Part shown: in pieces, positions 9,790 to 19,676 of the stretch
Position numbering within the stretch: position 1 is the stretch's first letter
How the letters are laid out: each line of letters begins with the position of its first letter
Source of the DNA: Flavobacteriales bacterium
GTDB taxonomy: Bacteria; Bacteroidota; Bacteroidia; CAIKAF01
NCBI GenBank assembly: GCA_052437175.1
Contig: JBQVOK010000008.1
Coordinates: forward strand, 95,506 to 159,505
Direction: 5' to 3'
Length of the DNA: 64,000 bases
Translations under genes and position numbers: made by a program
Notes under the pieces: generated by a model
What the model was told of the DNA's origin: nothing
Seen by the model: only the letters and a program-made list of their open reading frames with translations
The model's database searches: none

Positions 9790-10647
9790 ATGCATAATGC
9801 AGATATACCCGTTACGGTAATTAAAACGCAAAAAACGCTGTTCCGTTTCAACCTCCGTGAACTCTGGACCTACCGCGACCTGCTTTTTCTTATGGTAAAA
9901 CGCGACATTGCCGTGGTATATAAACAAACGGTACTGGGGCCGCTCTGGTTTTTCCTGCAGCCCGTTCTTACCACGCTCATGTTTACCCTTATTTTTGGTC
10001 GTATAGCCCGCATCGATACGGCAGGCATACCCGCTCCCCTTTTTTATCTTTCGGCCCTCATTGGCTGGAACTATTTTGCCGCCTGCCTCAACGAAACCTC
10101 CCAGATCTTCCGCAACAACGCACATATTTTCGGCAAGGTATATTTTCCCCGGCTGGTGGCTCCGTTAAGTACCATTCTTTCGAACCTGCTGAAGTTCCTG
10201 ATCCAGTACGCCCTTTTTATCGCGGTATGGATATACTATTATGTACAGCAGCCTTTCCAGGTACACTGGCTCTGGCTGCTGCCCGGCACGCTTTTTATGA
10301 TCCTCGTACTGGGTATCACAGGCCTGGGCGCCGGGCTCTTTATTTCCTCGCTTACCACCAAGTACCGTGACCTGTCCTTCCTGGTACAGTTCGGCGTACA
10401 ACTGCTTATGTATGCCACCCCGGTGATCTATTCCGTGAACAATGCCTCCTTTTCTGAAGAATTCCGCCTGCTCCTGTGGCTTAACCCGCTCACGTCCCTG
10501 ATCGAGGCCTTCCGCTTCTGGTATATGGGTGCGGGCACTTTTGAGCCCCTGTGGATACTTTACTCCCTGAGCGCTGCCCTTGTGCTGCTGCTGGGCGGTA
10601 TACTGGTGTTTAACTATGTGGAACGCGACTTTATGGATACCGTATAA
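9790..10647 (+). CDS. wzm: ABC-2 type polysaccharide exporter permease (Wzm/TagG-like)
   Basis: 285 aa, 6 predicted TM segments, ABC-2 family signature region; immediately precedes a Wzt-type ATPase. Confidence 0.85.
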   Translation: MHNADIPVTVIKTQKTLFRFNLRELWTYRDLLFLMVKRDIAVVYKQTVLGPLWFFLQPVLTTLMFTLIFGRIARIDTAGIPAPLFYLSALIGWNYFAACLNETSQIFRNNAHIFGKVYFPRLVAPLSTILSNLLKFLIQYALFIAVWIYYYVQQPFQVHWLWLLPGTLFMILVLGITGLGAGLFISSLTTKYRDLSFLVQFGVQLLMYATPVIYSVNNASFSEEFRLLLWLNPLTSLIEAFRFWYMGAGTFEPLWILYSLSAALVLLLGGILVFNYVERDFMDTV

Positions 10648-10649
10648 TC

Positions 10650-11921
10650 ATGGGAAAAGCACTGCAGGTAAACGGTCTCGGAAAAATGTACCGCCTCGGT
10701 ACCATAAGTACCGGCACGCTCAGTCATGACCTGAACCGGTTCTGGCATAAGATGCGGGGCAAGGAAGACCCCTATGCCACCGTGGGGCAGTTGAACGACC
10801 GCAGCGGCAAAGCCGGCGAAAACCCTTATGTATGGGCGCTTAAGGACGTTTCTTTCGATGTAAACGAAGGCGATGTACTCGGTATTATCGGGCGCAACGG
10901 AGCCGGTAAGAGTACACTGCTCAAGATACTTTCCCGGATAACCGCCCCCAGCAGCGGTGAAATTAAAGTACGCGGACGTATTGCCAGCCTGCTGGAAGTA
11001 GGTACCGGCTTTCATCCCGAACTTACGGGCCGTGAGAATATTTATCTCAACGGTGCTATACTGGGCATGCGCAGACGCGAGATCCAGAAAAAATTTGATG
11101 AGATCGTCGACTTCAGCGGTTGTGAAAAATATATTGACACTCCTGTAAAAAGATATTCCAGCGGTATGTACGTACGCCTGGCCTTTGCCGTGGCCGCGCA
11201 CCTCGAAAGCGAGATACTGATCGTAGACGAGGTACTGGCGGTAGGCGATGCCGAATTCCAGAAAAAATGCATCGGTAAAATGCAGGATGTAAGCTCTTCC
11301 ATGGGGCGCACCGTACTTTTCGTATCGCATGATCTCAATGCCATGGCCAGGCTCTGTCCCAATGCCCTGCTTATGAACAGCGGCCATATCTACGCACAGG
11401 GCACTACCTTCGATATGATCGGGAAGTACTTCGGCGAACTGGGCAAAAAACCGCCGGGCGAACTACAGCGCACGGGGTCGCGGCAGATACGCCTAACCGA
11501 TATACAACTGCTGGACCATAACGGGAACGAGGTAAAAAGCCTGGGATCGGGCATGCCCTTTACCATACGTATACGCATAAACGTGCTCGAAGACGTGGCG
11601 GGCGCTCATTTTGCCGTTACCCTTAAAAATGCGTTCGGGACCAAGGTAACTTCATCCTGGACCAATTTCAGCGGGCAACAGATCGATATACGCAAAGGAG
11701 AGACCCACCGCATCGATTTTCATTTCAGCGACCTCAGTATGGTACCGGGCGAATATTCCGTTATTTCGTATATTAATGCAGGCAATGAGGTGATCGAGAT
11801 GATCGACGACGTACTGCTGTTTTCCGTACTGGAGTCAGGCACGTCTGCATTCCTGCGTTATCCCACCATCAGCGAAGGTCTGGTCATTTCCAGGTCGGAT
11901 ATCCAATCCCAGAAAGAGTGA
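10650..11921 (+). CDS. wzt: ABC polysaccharide exporter ATP-binding protein with a C-terminal carbohydrate-binding extension (Wzt-like)
   Basis: Walker A GRNGAGKST, signature YSSGMYVRL, Walker B ILIVDE; an extra domain of about 170 aa follows the NBD. Confidence 0.9.
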   Translation: MGKALQVNGLGKMYRLGTISTGTLSHDLNRFWHKMRGKEDPYATVGQLNDRSGKAGENPYVWALKDVSFDVNEGDVLGIIGRNGAGKSTLLKILSRITAPSSGEIKVRGRIASLLEVGTGFHPELTGRENIYLNGAILGMRRREIQKKFDEIVDFSGCEKYIDTPVKRYSSGMYVRLAFAVAAHLESEILIVDEVLAVGDAEFQKKCIGKMQDVSSSMGRTVLFVSHDLNAMARLCPNALLMNSGHIYAQGTTFDMIGKYFGELGKKPPGELQRTGSRQIRLTDIQLLDHNGNEVKSLGSGMPFTIRIRINVLEDVAGAHFAVTLKNAFGTKVTSSWTNFSGQQIDIRKGETHRIDFHFSDLSMVPGEYSVISYINAGNEVIEMIDDVLLFSVLESGTSAFLRYPTISEGLVISRSDIQSQKE

Positions 11922-11928
11922 TCCAGCC

Positions 11929-12789
11929 ATGAAGTTTTTCTCGCCACCATATACCTTCCTTCCCCTCAAAGAACGGTTCCTGTACTTTTTACGGGCCCGT
12001 TTCAGTGCTGATTCGCCGCAGTTCCGGGAAACCGACCGCTTCCTGCTGAAAACAGGACAGGTATTCGCTTGTTTCAGCGCCTGCAACCTTAGCCGCCGGT
12101 ACCTCGAGGGCCTTTTCAGCTACGGGGGCCATCAGCTGCACGTACGCCTGCGCCGGAATTCCTCAGACCCCGAGGTCTTTTACCAGATCTTTATCGAAGA
12201 AGAATACCTCCGCAGCATCCGCCTTATCCGGGAAAAGGTACAACTGCCCGAAAACCCGCTGATCATAGATGCCGGGGCCAATATAGGCCTGGCTGCCCTG
12301 TATTTTTCACTTCATTTTACGGGTTGCCGCCTGCAACTGCTCGAGCCTTTTGAAGAGAACGCGGCATCGGCCCGCGAAAATATTCAGCGAAACCACCTGA
12401 ACGCCGAGGTACTGCAGGCAGCGTTCTGGCAGCGCGAAACAGAACTGCAGGCCGACTTCAGCTTCCGCGACGGTAAAGAATGGTCCGTGACCGTGCTCGA
12501 ATCGCCGCAAGGGCCCATACAGGGCATTACACCGGCCATGTTACTCCCCGCAGACGGCAGCACGATCGACATTCTGAAGGTAGATATCGAGGGCAGTGAA
12601 TTTCCGGTTTTCCTGGACCCTGGCGCCCCCGACGCCATGCTGCGTAACACACGGGCGCTGATCATGGAGATACATGACGACAAAGGCGACCGCGAACAGC
12701 TAAAAGCCGTTTTCGCAAAGAACAATTTTGAATGCATCGAGCTGGGAGAACTCAGCCTGTTCCTGAACCGCTCATTTATGCATGTATGA
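11929..12789 (+). CDS. FkbM-family SAM-dependent methyltransferase
   Basis: IIDAGANIGLAALYF motif of the FkbM methyltransferase family. Confidence 0.75.
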   Translation: MKFFSPPYTFLPLKERFLYFLRARFSADSPQFRETDRFLLKTGQVFACFSACNLSRRYLEGLFSYGGHQLHVRLRRNSSDPEVFYQIFIEEEYLRSIRLIREKVQLPENPLIIDAGANIGLAALYFSLHFTGCRLQLLEPFEENAASARENIQRNHLNAEVLQAAFWQRETELQADFSFRDGKEWSVTVLESPQGPIQGITPAMLLPADGSTIDILKVDIEGSEFPVFLDPGAPDAMLRNTRALIMEIHDDKGDREQLKAVFAKNNFECIELGELSLFLNRSFMHV

Positions 12790-13892
12790 GGGCAGGAACG
12801 GTTAAACGAAAGGCCGGACTCGATATCATGCGTGCCTGTGCCATATTACTGGTACTCCTGGCTCACACGCTCGAATACAGCGGCCTGCAGGATACCGGTA
12901 CCCTAAGCTACCACCTGGGTGTGGCCGGGGTAGAACTGTTCTTTGTGCTCAGTGGCTTCCTGATCGGCCGTATCATACTGCAACTGCCTTCCGGCGAAGG
13001 CCGCATTTCTTTCCCCGCGCTCAGGAACTTCTGGGTACGCCGCTGGTTCCGGACCATTCCCGTGTATATCCTGGCGCTGTTCGTACATGCCACCGTCCTT
13101 TTCCTGGTAAAAAATTACTATATCGTTTTCCTGAATCCGCAATACTATCTCTATTTCGTGTTCCTGCAGAACGCATTTACGCCCGAACCCGAACTTTACG
13201 GCATAGCCTGGAGCCTTTCTGTGGAAGAATGGTTCTATATCAGCTTCCCGCTTTTCCTGCTGCTGTTGTCCCGGCTAAGACCGCTCCCGCCGCGGCAGAT
13301 CATCCTGTATATATTTGCGTATATAGGTCTTGTGATCGCAGCCCGGATGTTATATGTATACGAGCCTATGGCCGGTTATGACCTGCTGGTGCGTAAACGA
13401 ATGCCTTTCCGCCTCGATTCCATCATCTGGGGCGTGGTCATGGCCTGGCTCTCCCTGCTGCGCCCCGCAGCCTTTTACAGATATCGCATACCTATGGCCC
13501 TGGCAGGAGCCCTGCTGGCCGGCACCGGTATATACGTACTAAACCTGCACGTAAACAGCGGGTTCAACGGAATGAGCTTTTTTAACCGGGTCTTTCTTTT
13601 TAATTATTACGACCTGGGCCTGGCACTCTGCCTGCCCCTGGCTGCAGGTCTGCAAACGCCCCACAGGTCTCTCCTGGTGCGCGCCGTTACCACCATAAGC
13701 CTTGTCTCGTACAGTGTATACCTGTTCCATATACCCGTTATCCATCTCTGCCGGTACCTGCTGAAAGATGGCCCCGGGCTCTTTATTACGATCTGGATAT
13801 GTACATTTGCAGCTTCGTACCTCAGCTATACGTATATAGAAGTACCGGTGCTGAAACTACGCGATAAAAAGACCAGGAAAGAAACACACTGA
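12786..13892 (+). CDS. Acyltransferase family 3 (OatA/OafA-like O-acetyltransferase), integral membrane
   Basis: MRACAILLVLLAH...LFFVLSGFLI acyltransferase-3 signature; about 10 TM segments; ATGA start overlap with the upstream gene. Confidence 0.8.
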   Translation: MRAGTVKRKAGLDIMRACAILLVLLAHTLEYSGLQDTGTLSYHLGVAGVELFFVLSGFLIGRIILQLPSGEGRISFPALRNFWVRRWFRTIPVYILALFVHATVLFLVKNYYIVFLNPQYYLYFVFLQNAFTPEPELYGIAWSLSVEEWFYISFPLFLLLLSRLRPLPPRQIILYIFAYIGLVIAARMLYVYEPMAGYDLLVRKRMPFRLDSIIWGVVMAWLSLLRPAAFYRYRIPMALAGALLAGTGIYVLNLHVNSGFNGMSFFNRVFLFNYYDLGLALCLPLAAGLQTPHRSLLVRAVTTISLVSYSVYLFHIPVIHLCRYLLKDGPGLFITIWICTFAASYLSYTYIEVPVLKLRDKKTRKETH

Positions 13893-13893
13893 C

Positions 13894-14844
13894 ATGCAGG
13901 AAGGCGTATCCATAATCATCTGCTGTTACAACAGCGAAAGACGCATCCGGGAAACGCTGCGGCACCTGGCGGCCCAGCAGCAGCTTTCTTTCCCGGCAGA
14001 GCTACTGCTTATAGACAATGCCTGCACCGACCGCACCGTAGCCGTAGCACAGGACTGCTGGCAGGAACTGGGCTCCCCTGTACCCCTGCACGTGCACCGG
14101 GAAGAGCGCCCCGGGCTTACGCATGCCCGCATGTGCGGTATAGACGCGGCGCGTTACAGCATTACGCTTTTCTGTGACGACGACAACCATCTCGCTCCCC
14201 TGTATCTCTGCACCGCGTATCATTTTATGCAAAGTCACCCGGAAGTGGGAGCCTGCTTCGGGCATTCGGAAGCCATATACGAAGAAACGCCTCCTTCCTG
14301 GATACACGGCCTGGAAGAAGCCTTTGCCGTTGGTCCTGCCGGTCTCGCCGAAGGAGAAATAGAACCTCCGCGTACACCCTGGGGTGCCGGACTGCTTATG
14401 CCTACCGCCTTTCTGAAAAAGATGCAGGCCGGGGAACAGGGCAGTTACCTGTCAGACCGGACGGGAAAGAGCCTCAGCAGTGGTGGCGATACAGAATTCT
14501 GCTACCGCGCCAGGGCCGAAGGATACAAATGGTACTATAACCCGGCGCTCCGGTTCGGGCATGTGATCCCCGCAGGCAGGACCGGCAAAACATACCTGCG
14601 CAGCCTGTTCGCCAAGTTCGGGGAGGCCGAAGCCCGTATAGACCGTTATTACCGCGAAAGACCGGGGCGTCCCGTTAACTTTAATATATCAAGGTATATA
14701 CTAAAAGAACGTTTCCTGCTTAAAGCAGCCGCCCTCCTCCCACAAAGCGACGCATCCTTTCACAAAGAACTTGCTCGTATACGAAAACTGGGATACTATT
14801 CTGAATGGCTGAAAATTAGCGGCAATGAACGTACTGCACATTAA
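13894..14844 (+). CDS. Glycosyltransferase family 2
   Basis: N-terminal VSIIICCYNSERRIRETL...DNACTD, a GT-A fold DxD-type motif. Confidence 0.8.
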   Translation: MQEGVSIIICCYNSERRIRETLRHLAAQQQLSFPAELLLIDNACTDRTVAVAQDCWQELGSPVPLHVHREERPGLTHARMCGIDAARYSITLFCDDDNHLAPLYLCTAYHFMQSHPEVGACFGHSEAIYEETPPSWIHGLEEAFAVGPAGLAEGEIEPPRTPWGAGLLMPTAFLKKMQAGEQGSYLSDRTGKSLSSGGDTEFCYRARAEGYKWYYNPALRFGHVIPAGRTGKTYLRSLFAKFGEAEARIDRYYRERPGRPVNFNISRYILKERFLLKAAALLPQSDASFHKELARIRKLGYYSEWLKISGNERTAH

Positions 14845-16009
14845 CTACTCCGATCACCGCAGCGGGGCCTATCTCGCTATGTGGGGGCTGCATGAAAGTA
14901 TGATGCAGCAAGGCATACAAAGCAAAGTACTGCTGCTCAACCAGGCCAATGGCAGCCGCCCCGGACAGTATGTATACTGGGACTTTATTGCCGGACAAAG
15001 CTTCGAAAAGCTACAGCAGTGGCTGCGTAACCGCAGAACACACCGGCAGCAGCAGGCCATACGGCACGATGCCCATTCCCGCGGACTGCTCTTTTCTTTT
15101 CCCTCTACCCCTTACCGTATCCATAAACACCCGCTTTTTGCCTGGGCAGATATTATACACCTGCATAATGTTTCCGGCTTCCTGGACTGGCAAAGTTTTT
15201 TCGGAGTGTGCACAAAAAAAGTGGTGTGGACGGCACACGACTGCGGACCTTTCGACGACGGATTCCATACCCGTTACGCTGTGCCGGAAGAATTGTACGC
15301 AGAGATCCGCCGCGAAAACATGCGTGTAAAAAAAGACGCATTACTGTCTAAAAAAACAACTATCGAGTGGGTCTTCCCTTCCCGCTACCACATGAAGCGG
15401 GCCGCGGGCAGCCAACTACCCGTCACACCGGCTTCCGTGATCTTTCATTCTATAGACCCCTCCGTTTTTTACCCCGAACATAAAGAAAAGGCCCTGCAGG
15501 CACTCGGACTGGACAGCGGGCAGCGTTACCTGCTGTTTGCCGCTTCAGGGCTTAACCGCACGGAAAAAGGCTTCCGGCTCCTGCTCGAACAACTTCCCTT
15601 ACTCCGCGAAAGGGGCTACCACCTGCTGGCACTGGGCGAATCGCCACCTCCTGATATACCGGCAGACGTAATACTGTGCGGCGGGGTGAACGATGCCGCC
15701 ACTATGCGCCTCTATTACAACGCGGCCGACTTCCTGCTCAGTCCCTCCTATGAAGAAAGCTTCGGGCTGAGCCTTGCCGAAAGTGTGCTCTGTGGTACGC
15801 CTGTTATTTCAAGGCCGGTAGGTATAGCCGCCGAACTGGGTACGGATTATGTACATATAGCCGCTGACGAGAGCGATGCCGCCTATGTAAAAAAACTGGC
15901 CGAGGTACTGAAAACCGCGCCTTTACGGCCTGCAGCTCCGTTCCCGGCAGAGACTTTCTGCAGTACGGCTCTTGCAAACCGATATTTGGAACTATATTTG
16001 AGACCATAA
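14825..16009 (+). CDS. Glycosyltransferase family 4 (GT-B fold)
   Basis: MNVLHINYS N-terminus; C-terminal EESFGLSLAESVLCGTPVI motif. Confidence 0.8.
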   Translation: MNVLHINYSDHRSGAYLAMWGLHESMMQQGIQSKVLLLNQANGSRPGQYVYWDFIAGQSFEKLQQWLRNRRTHRQQQAIRHDAHSRGLLFSFPSTPYRIHKHPLFAWADIIHLHNVSGFLDWQSFFGVCTKKVVWTAHDCGPFDDGFHTRYAVPEELYAEIRRENMRVKKDALLSKKTTIEWVFPSRYHMKRAAGSQLPVTPASVIFHSIDPSVFYPEHKEKALQALGLDSGQRYLLFAASGLNRTEKGFRLLLEQLPLLRERGYHLLALGESPPPDIPADVILCGGVNDAATMRLYYNAADFLLSPSYEESFGLSLAESVLCGTPVISRPVGIAAELGTDYVHIAADESDAAYVKKLAEVLKTAPLRPAAPFPAETFCSTALANRYLELYLRP

Positions 16010-16016
16010 TACGCTA

Positions 16017-16661
16017 ATGAAGATCCCGGGGAAAATACGACGATTACTGGGCCTGCACCTGAGCCGGAAAATACAGGGCAGCGGGAATACCCTTTCCCTG
16101 GACGGTTATTACGACGATATCCGCATCGATATCTGCGGCAATGACAATACCCTTATTTTTGAAAAGAACGTAAAGGTCACCCATGCCCTGTTTCGCATTC
16201 ACGGCAACAATTGCCGCATCGTCATCGGCAGGAACGTACGTATCGGCAGCGGCGAATTCTGGGTCGAGGACAATGCCTGTATCCTCAGTATCGGAGAGAA
16301 CAGCACCATTGAAAGCGGTCATTTTGCCGTAACGGAAGACGGATCGGAGCTGCGGATAGGCAGTGACTGTATGCTGGCCAAAGAGATAGAGATACGTACC
16401 GGCGACTCCCATTCCCTGCTCAACAGCGAAGGAGAGCGCATCAACCCGGGCGGCCATGTGATCGTAGACGAACACGTATGGATCGCCAGCCGGGCCATGG
16501 TCCTCAAAAACGTACATATACAAAAAGGGGCCGTTATTGCCGCCGGGGCCATAGTGACCGCCGACGTGGCCGCACACAGCATTGTGGCCGGTAATCCCGC
16601 CCGCCAGGTAAAACAGGATATACGCTGGACCCGCCAGAGAATTAAAGCCGGCCACTCATGA
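16017..16661 (+). CDS. Hexapeptide-repeat (left-handed beta-helix) acetyltransferase
   Basis: Repeated [LIV]GxxxxI hexapeptide pattern (IGSGEFWVEDNACILSIGENSTIESGHFAV...). Confidence 0.75.
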   Translation: MKIPGKIRRLLGLHLSRKIQGSGNTLSLDGYYDDIRIDICGNDNTLIFEKNVKVTHALFRIHGNNCRIVIGRNVRIGSGEFWVEDNACILSIGENSTIESGHFAVTEDGSELRIGSDCMLAKEIEIRTGDSHSLLNSEGERINPGGHVIVDEHVWIASRAMVLKNVHIQKGAVIAAGAIVTADVAAHSIVAGNPARQVKQDIRWTRQRIKAGHS

Positions 16662-17539
16662 AAATAACCGTCATCACTCCCTCCTTTAACCAGGGCCGAT
16701 ACCTCGAAGAGACTATCCAAAGCGTACTCTCCCAGCAGTACGAACAGCTCGAGTACATCATTATTGACGGGGGCAGCAGCGATGACTCTGCGGCTATTAT
16801 CCGCAAATATGCGTCTTCGCTGCATTACTGGATAAGTGAGCCCGACCGGGGCCAGACCCATGCCATTAACAAAGGACTGCAGCAGGCCGGGGGCGATGTG
16901 ATCCATTGGGTGAACAGCGATGACCTGATGGCCGAAGGTTCCTTACAGGCCATTGCCGACGCTTTTGCCGACCCTTCTGTAATGGCTTTCTGCGGACGTT
17001 CCTATATCTTCGGGGGGCAACACGAACAATTCAGTTCCAGTCCCCGCGGAAGCCTGCCCTATATGTTCTCCAAAGCCCAGGTAGATCAGCCTTCCACGGT
17101 TTTCCGCAGGGAAGTGTATCAGCATATCCCGCTCGATGAGAGCCTGCATTATGCCATGGACCTGGACCTCTGGTTTGCCTTCCTGTGCAGGTACGGCAAT
17201 ACGCACATCGCATACAGCGACAGCCTGCTGCTGAAGTTCCGCGAGCACGAAAGCTCCAAGACCATAAGCCGGCAGGACGAAATGCTGGCCGAACGGATAC
17301 TGCTGGCCGAAAAATGGAAACAGAAAATTCTTCATAAAGAACTGCCGGCACCCGACCCTTCGGTAGAATCACAAAAAAAAGAGATCTGTGCCGGTCTGAG
17401 CGATTTCCAGGCATACCAGCTGCTGCATTCGCCCTATCTTTCGGCAGGGCAGCGAAAAAGCCTGCTGGCCGCGATCAGCACCCGGCACCTGGCCTGGCGC
17501 TCCCGGCTCGAACTGCTTAAACTTCGTCTTTCCCTATAA
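16658..17539 (+). CDS. Glycosyltransferase family 2
   Basis: ITVITPSFNQGRYLEETIQSVLSQ...IIIDGGSSDD GT2 N-terminal motif. Confidence 0.8.
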   Translation: MKITVITPSFNQGRYLEETIQSVLSQQYEQLEYIIIDGGSSDDSAAIIRKYASSLHYWISEPDRGQTHAINKGLQQAGGDVIHWVNSDDLMAEGSLQAIADAFADPSVMAFCGRSYIFGGQHEQFSSSPRGSLPYMFSKAQVDQPSTVFRREVYQHIPLDESLHYAMDLDLWFAFLCRYGNTHIAYSDSLLLKFREHESSKTISRQDEMLAERILLAEKWKQKILHKELPAPDPSVESQKKEICAGLSDFQAYQLLHSPYLSAGQRKSLLAAISTRHLAWRSRLELLKLRLSL

Positions 17540-17550
17540 AATGAACAACC

Positions 17551-18468
17551 ATGCCGGAAACGCCTTTCTTTTCCATAGTTATCCCCACGTATAACCGCGC
17601 CGGGCAACTGCTGAGCACCGTACAAAGCGTACTGGCCCAGAGTTTCAGCAACCTGGAGCTGCTCATCATCGACGATGGTTCTACCGATGATACCCCACAG
17701 GTAATGGAGTCAATAAGCGATCCGCGGGTACGCTACCTGCGGCAGGAAAACAGCGAACGCAGCGCCGCACGCAACAGGGGCATGGAGCTGAGCCGCGGAC
17801 TGTATCTCTGTTTCCTGGACAGCGACGATACCCTGCACCCCGACTACCTGCAACACCTGTACCATACCGCAGGCAGGGAAGCCTTCCCCGTGTGTGTGCT
17901 GGGCCCGCAGCTGCATTTTATACAGGACGGGAAACTGCTGAAACAAAAGGCACCTTTTCACAGGGATATACGTACGGCAGAAATACTTGCCGCCAAAGAG
18001 GTGATCTCTGTAATACAGTGTATACACCGCGATATATATACCTCCTTTCGTTTCGACGAACGTTTTTCCATCTGGGAGGATACGCATCTTTTTTTACGTA
18101 TACTCATAAAACACCCCTACATTCCTGTTCCGGAAGCCATCGCTTTTGTAAATATGCACAGCGGTTCTGCAGTGGCGGCTTTTTTTCAGCGTATACGTGT
18201 GAGCGACTGTTTCCGGTATACCAATGCGATACTCGACCTGCTGCACTACCCACCCTTCGGCGGACCGGAACTAAAGCCGCTGTTACAGGCCTATGCATAT
18301 ACCAAAATACAGATGTTCATATACCAGGCACTCTGTAACCGGCAGTATGCGGAAGCGGCAGAACTGCTTAACTATTCCGCACAGTTCGGCAAAGATCGTA
18401 TCTATACCCTGAAAACACGTATAAAAATACTGCTCGGTTCGTATTTTCGCATTCATATTAACGCATGA
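17551..18468 (+). CDS. Glycosyltransferase family 2
   Basis: FSIVIPTYNRAGQLLSTVQSVLAQ...LIIDDGSTDDT. Confidence 0.8.
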   Translation: MPETPFFSIVIPTYNRAGQLLSTVQSVLAQSFSNLELLIIDDGSTDDTPQVMESISDPRVRYLRQENSERSAARNRGMELSRGLYLCFLDSDDTLHPDYLQHLYHTAGREAFPVCVLGPQLHFIQDGKLLKQKAPFHRDIRTAEILAAKEVISVIQCIHRDIYTSFRFDERFSIWEDTHLFLRILIKHPYIPVPEAIAFVNMHSGSAVAAFFQRIRVSDCFRYTNAILDLLHYPPFGGPELKPLLQAYAYTKIQMFIYQALCNRQYAEAAELLNYSAQFGKDRIYTLKTRIKILLGSYFRIHINA

Positions 18469-19631
18469 AAAATAGGAAAAAGATCCTGGTCATAAGTAGC
18501 TGGTTCCCCACGGATGACGACCCGGTGAATGGTTCATTCGTATACGAACAGTCAGCGGCATTGCAGAAAGCCGGACATACCGTATCGGTACTGATGCCTA
18601 ACCTGAGCGGATCGGCCAGGCAAACACTGAGCGCAGGCGGTCTGAAACCGGGACAACGTACACGAGTGTATAAAAAAATACCTGTGCATGAGATCGTACA
18701 GCCCGTGTATTTCCCTATGCTCAAACAATACTATACGGAACGTCTGTATAAAAAATGTTTTCATTTTCTAAAAACGTATATTGATGAAAACGGACGTCCC
18801 GACATTCTGCATTCACACGCAGCCTTTATGGGCGGAGTTATCGCCTCACGGCTGAGTACCGATTTTCATATACCGCTTGTACATACCGAACACACGTCCG
18901 GCCTTATTTTTAACCCGGGGCAGTATACAAAGACCGACCGCAAAGCTTTTGCACACCTGGCGGAACAGGCCGCGTCATTTCTTTTTGTAAGCCGCTTTGC
19001 ACAGGAAAAGATCATGCAGATGAGCGCCGCACGCTGGCAGGCCACCGCCGTATTGCCCAATATGGTGAACGATAGCTTCTTTGCGCCCTTACCCACACCG
19101 AAAGGCCCCTTTACCGTGCTCTGCATAGGCAGGTATATGCCTGTAAAAAATCATGCCCTGCTGCTGAGCGCCTGGCAAAGTTTCAGCGCCAGGCACCCTG
19201 AGGCCCGCCTGTTGCTGGCCGGTAAAAACCTGGACAGTACAGATGTCCATACCTTACTGCAGGAAAGAGGAGTCAGCGGTTCGGTAAGCTGCATGCCCGC
19301 CCTGGACAGAGCTGCCGTATACGAACAGATCGTGGGGGCCCATGTACTTGTGTCTTCTTCGGAAACAGAGACCTTTGGCCTGAGCCTGGCCGAAGCACTG
19401 GCCTGCGGACGTCCCGTGGTGGCTACCGACTCAGGCGGACCGGCCGATATCATCACCCCGGGCGACGGCTTCCTGGTACCCCGCAACGATGCCGTGGCCT
19501 TTGCCGAAGCGCTGGAAAAAATATACCAGGGACAGTATGATCCTCCGGATGTACTGTCTGAACGATGCCGGGCCCGTTTCGGCGAAGCTCTTATTGTGCA
19601 GGCCCTCGAAGCCATCTATGCAGGTCTCTGA
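18465..19631 (+). CDS. Glycosyltransferase family 4
   Basis: KILVISSWFP N-terminus; SSETETFGLSLAEALACGRPVVATDSGG GT4 motif. Confidence 0.8.
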   Translation: MKNRKKILVISSWFPTDDDPVNGSFVYEQSAALQKAGHTVSVLMPNLSGSARQTLSAGGLKPGQRTRVYKKIPVHEIVQPVYFPMLKQYYTERLYKKCFHFLKTYIDENGRPDILHSHAAFMGGVIASRLSTDFHIPLVHTEHTSGLIFNPGQYTKTDRKAFAHLAEQAASFLFVSRFAQEKIMQMSAARWQATAVLPNMVNDSFFAPLPTPKGPFTVLCIGRYMPVKNHALLLSAWQSFSARHPEARLLLAGKNLDSTDVHTLLQERGVSGSVSCMPALDRAAVYEQIVGAHVLVSSSETETFGLSLAEALACGRPVVATDSGGPADIITPGDGFLVPRNDAVAFAEALEKIYQGQYDPPDVLSERCRARFGEALIVQALEAIYAGL

Positions 19632-19676
19632 AAATCGCCTATCTTTGCCGGGGTTCCTGCAAAAACGCTCCGGTAC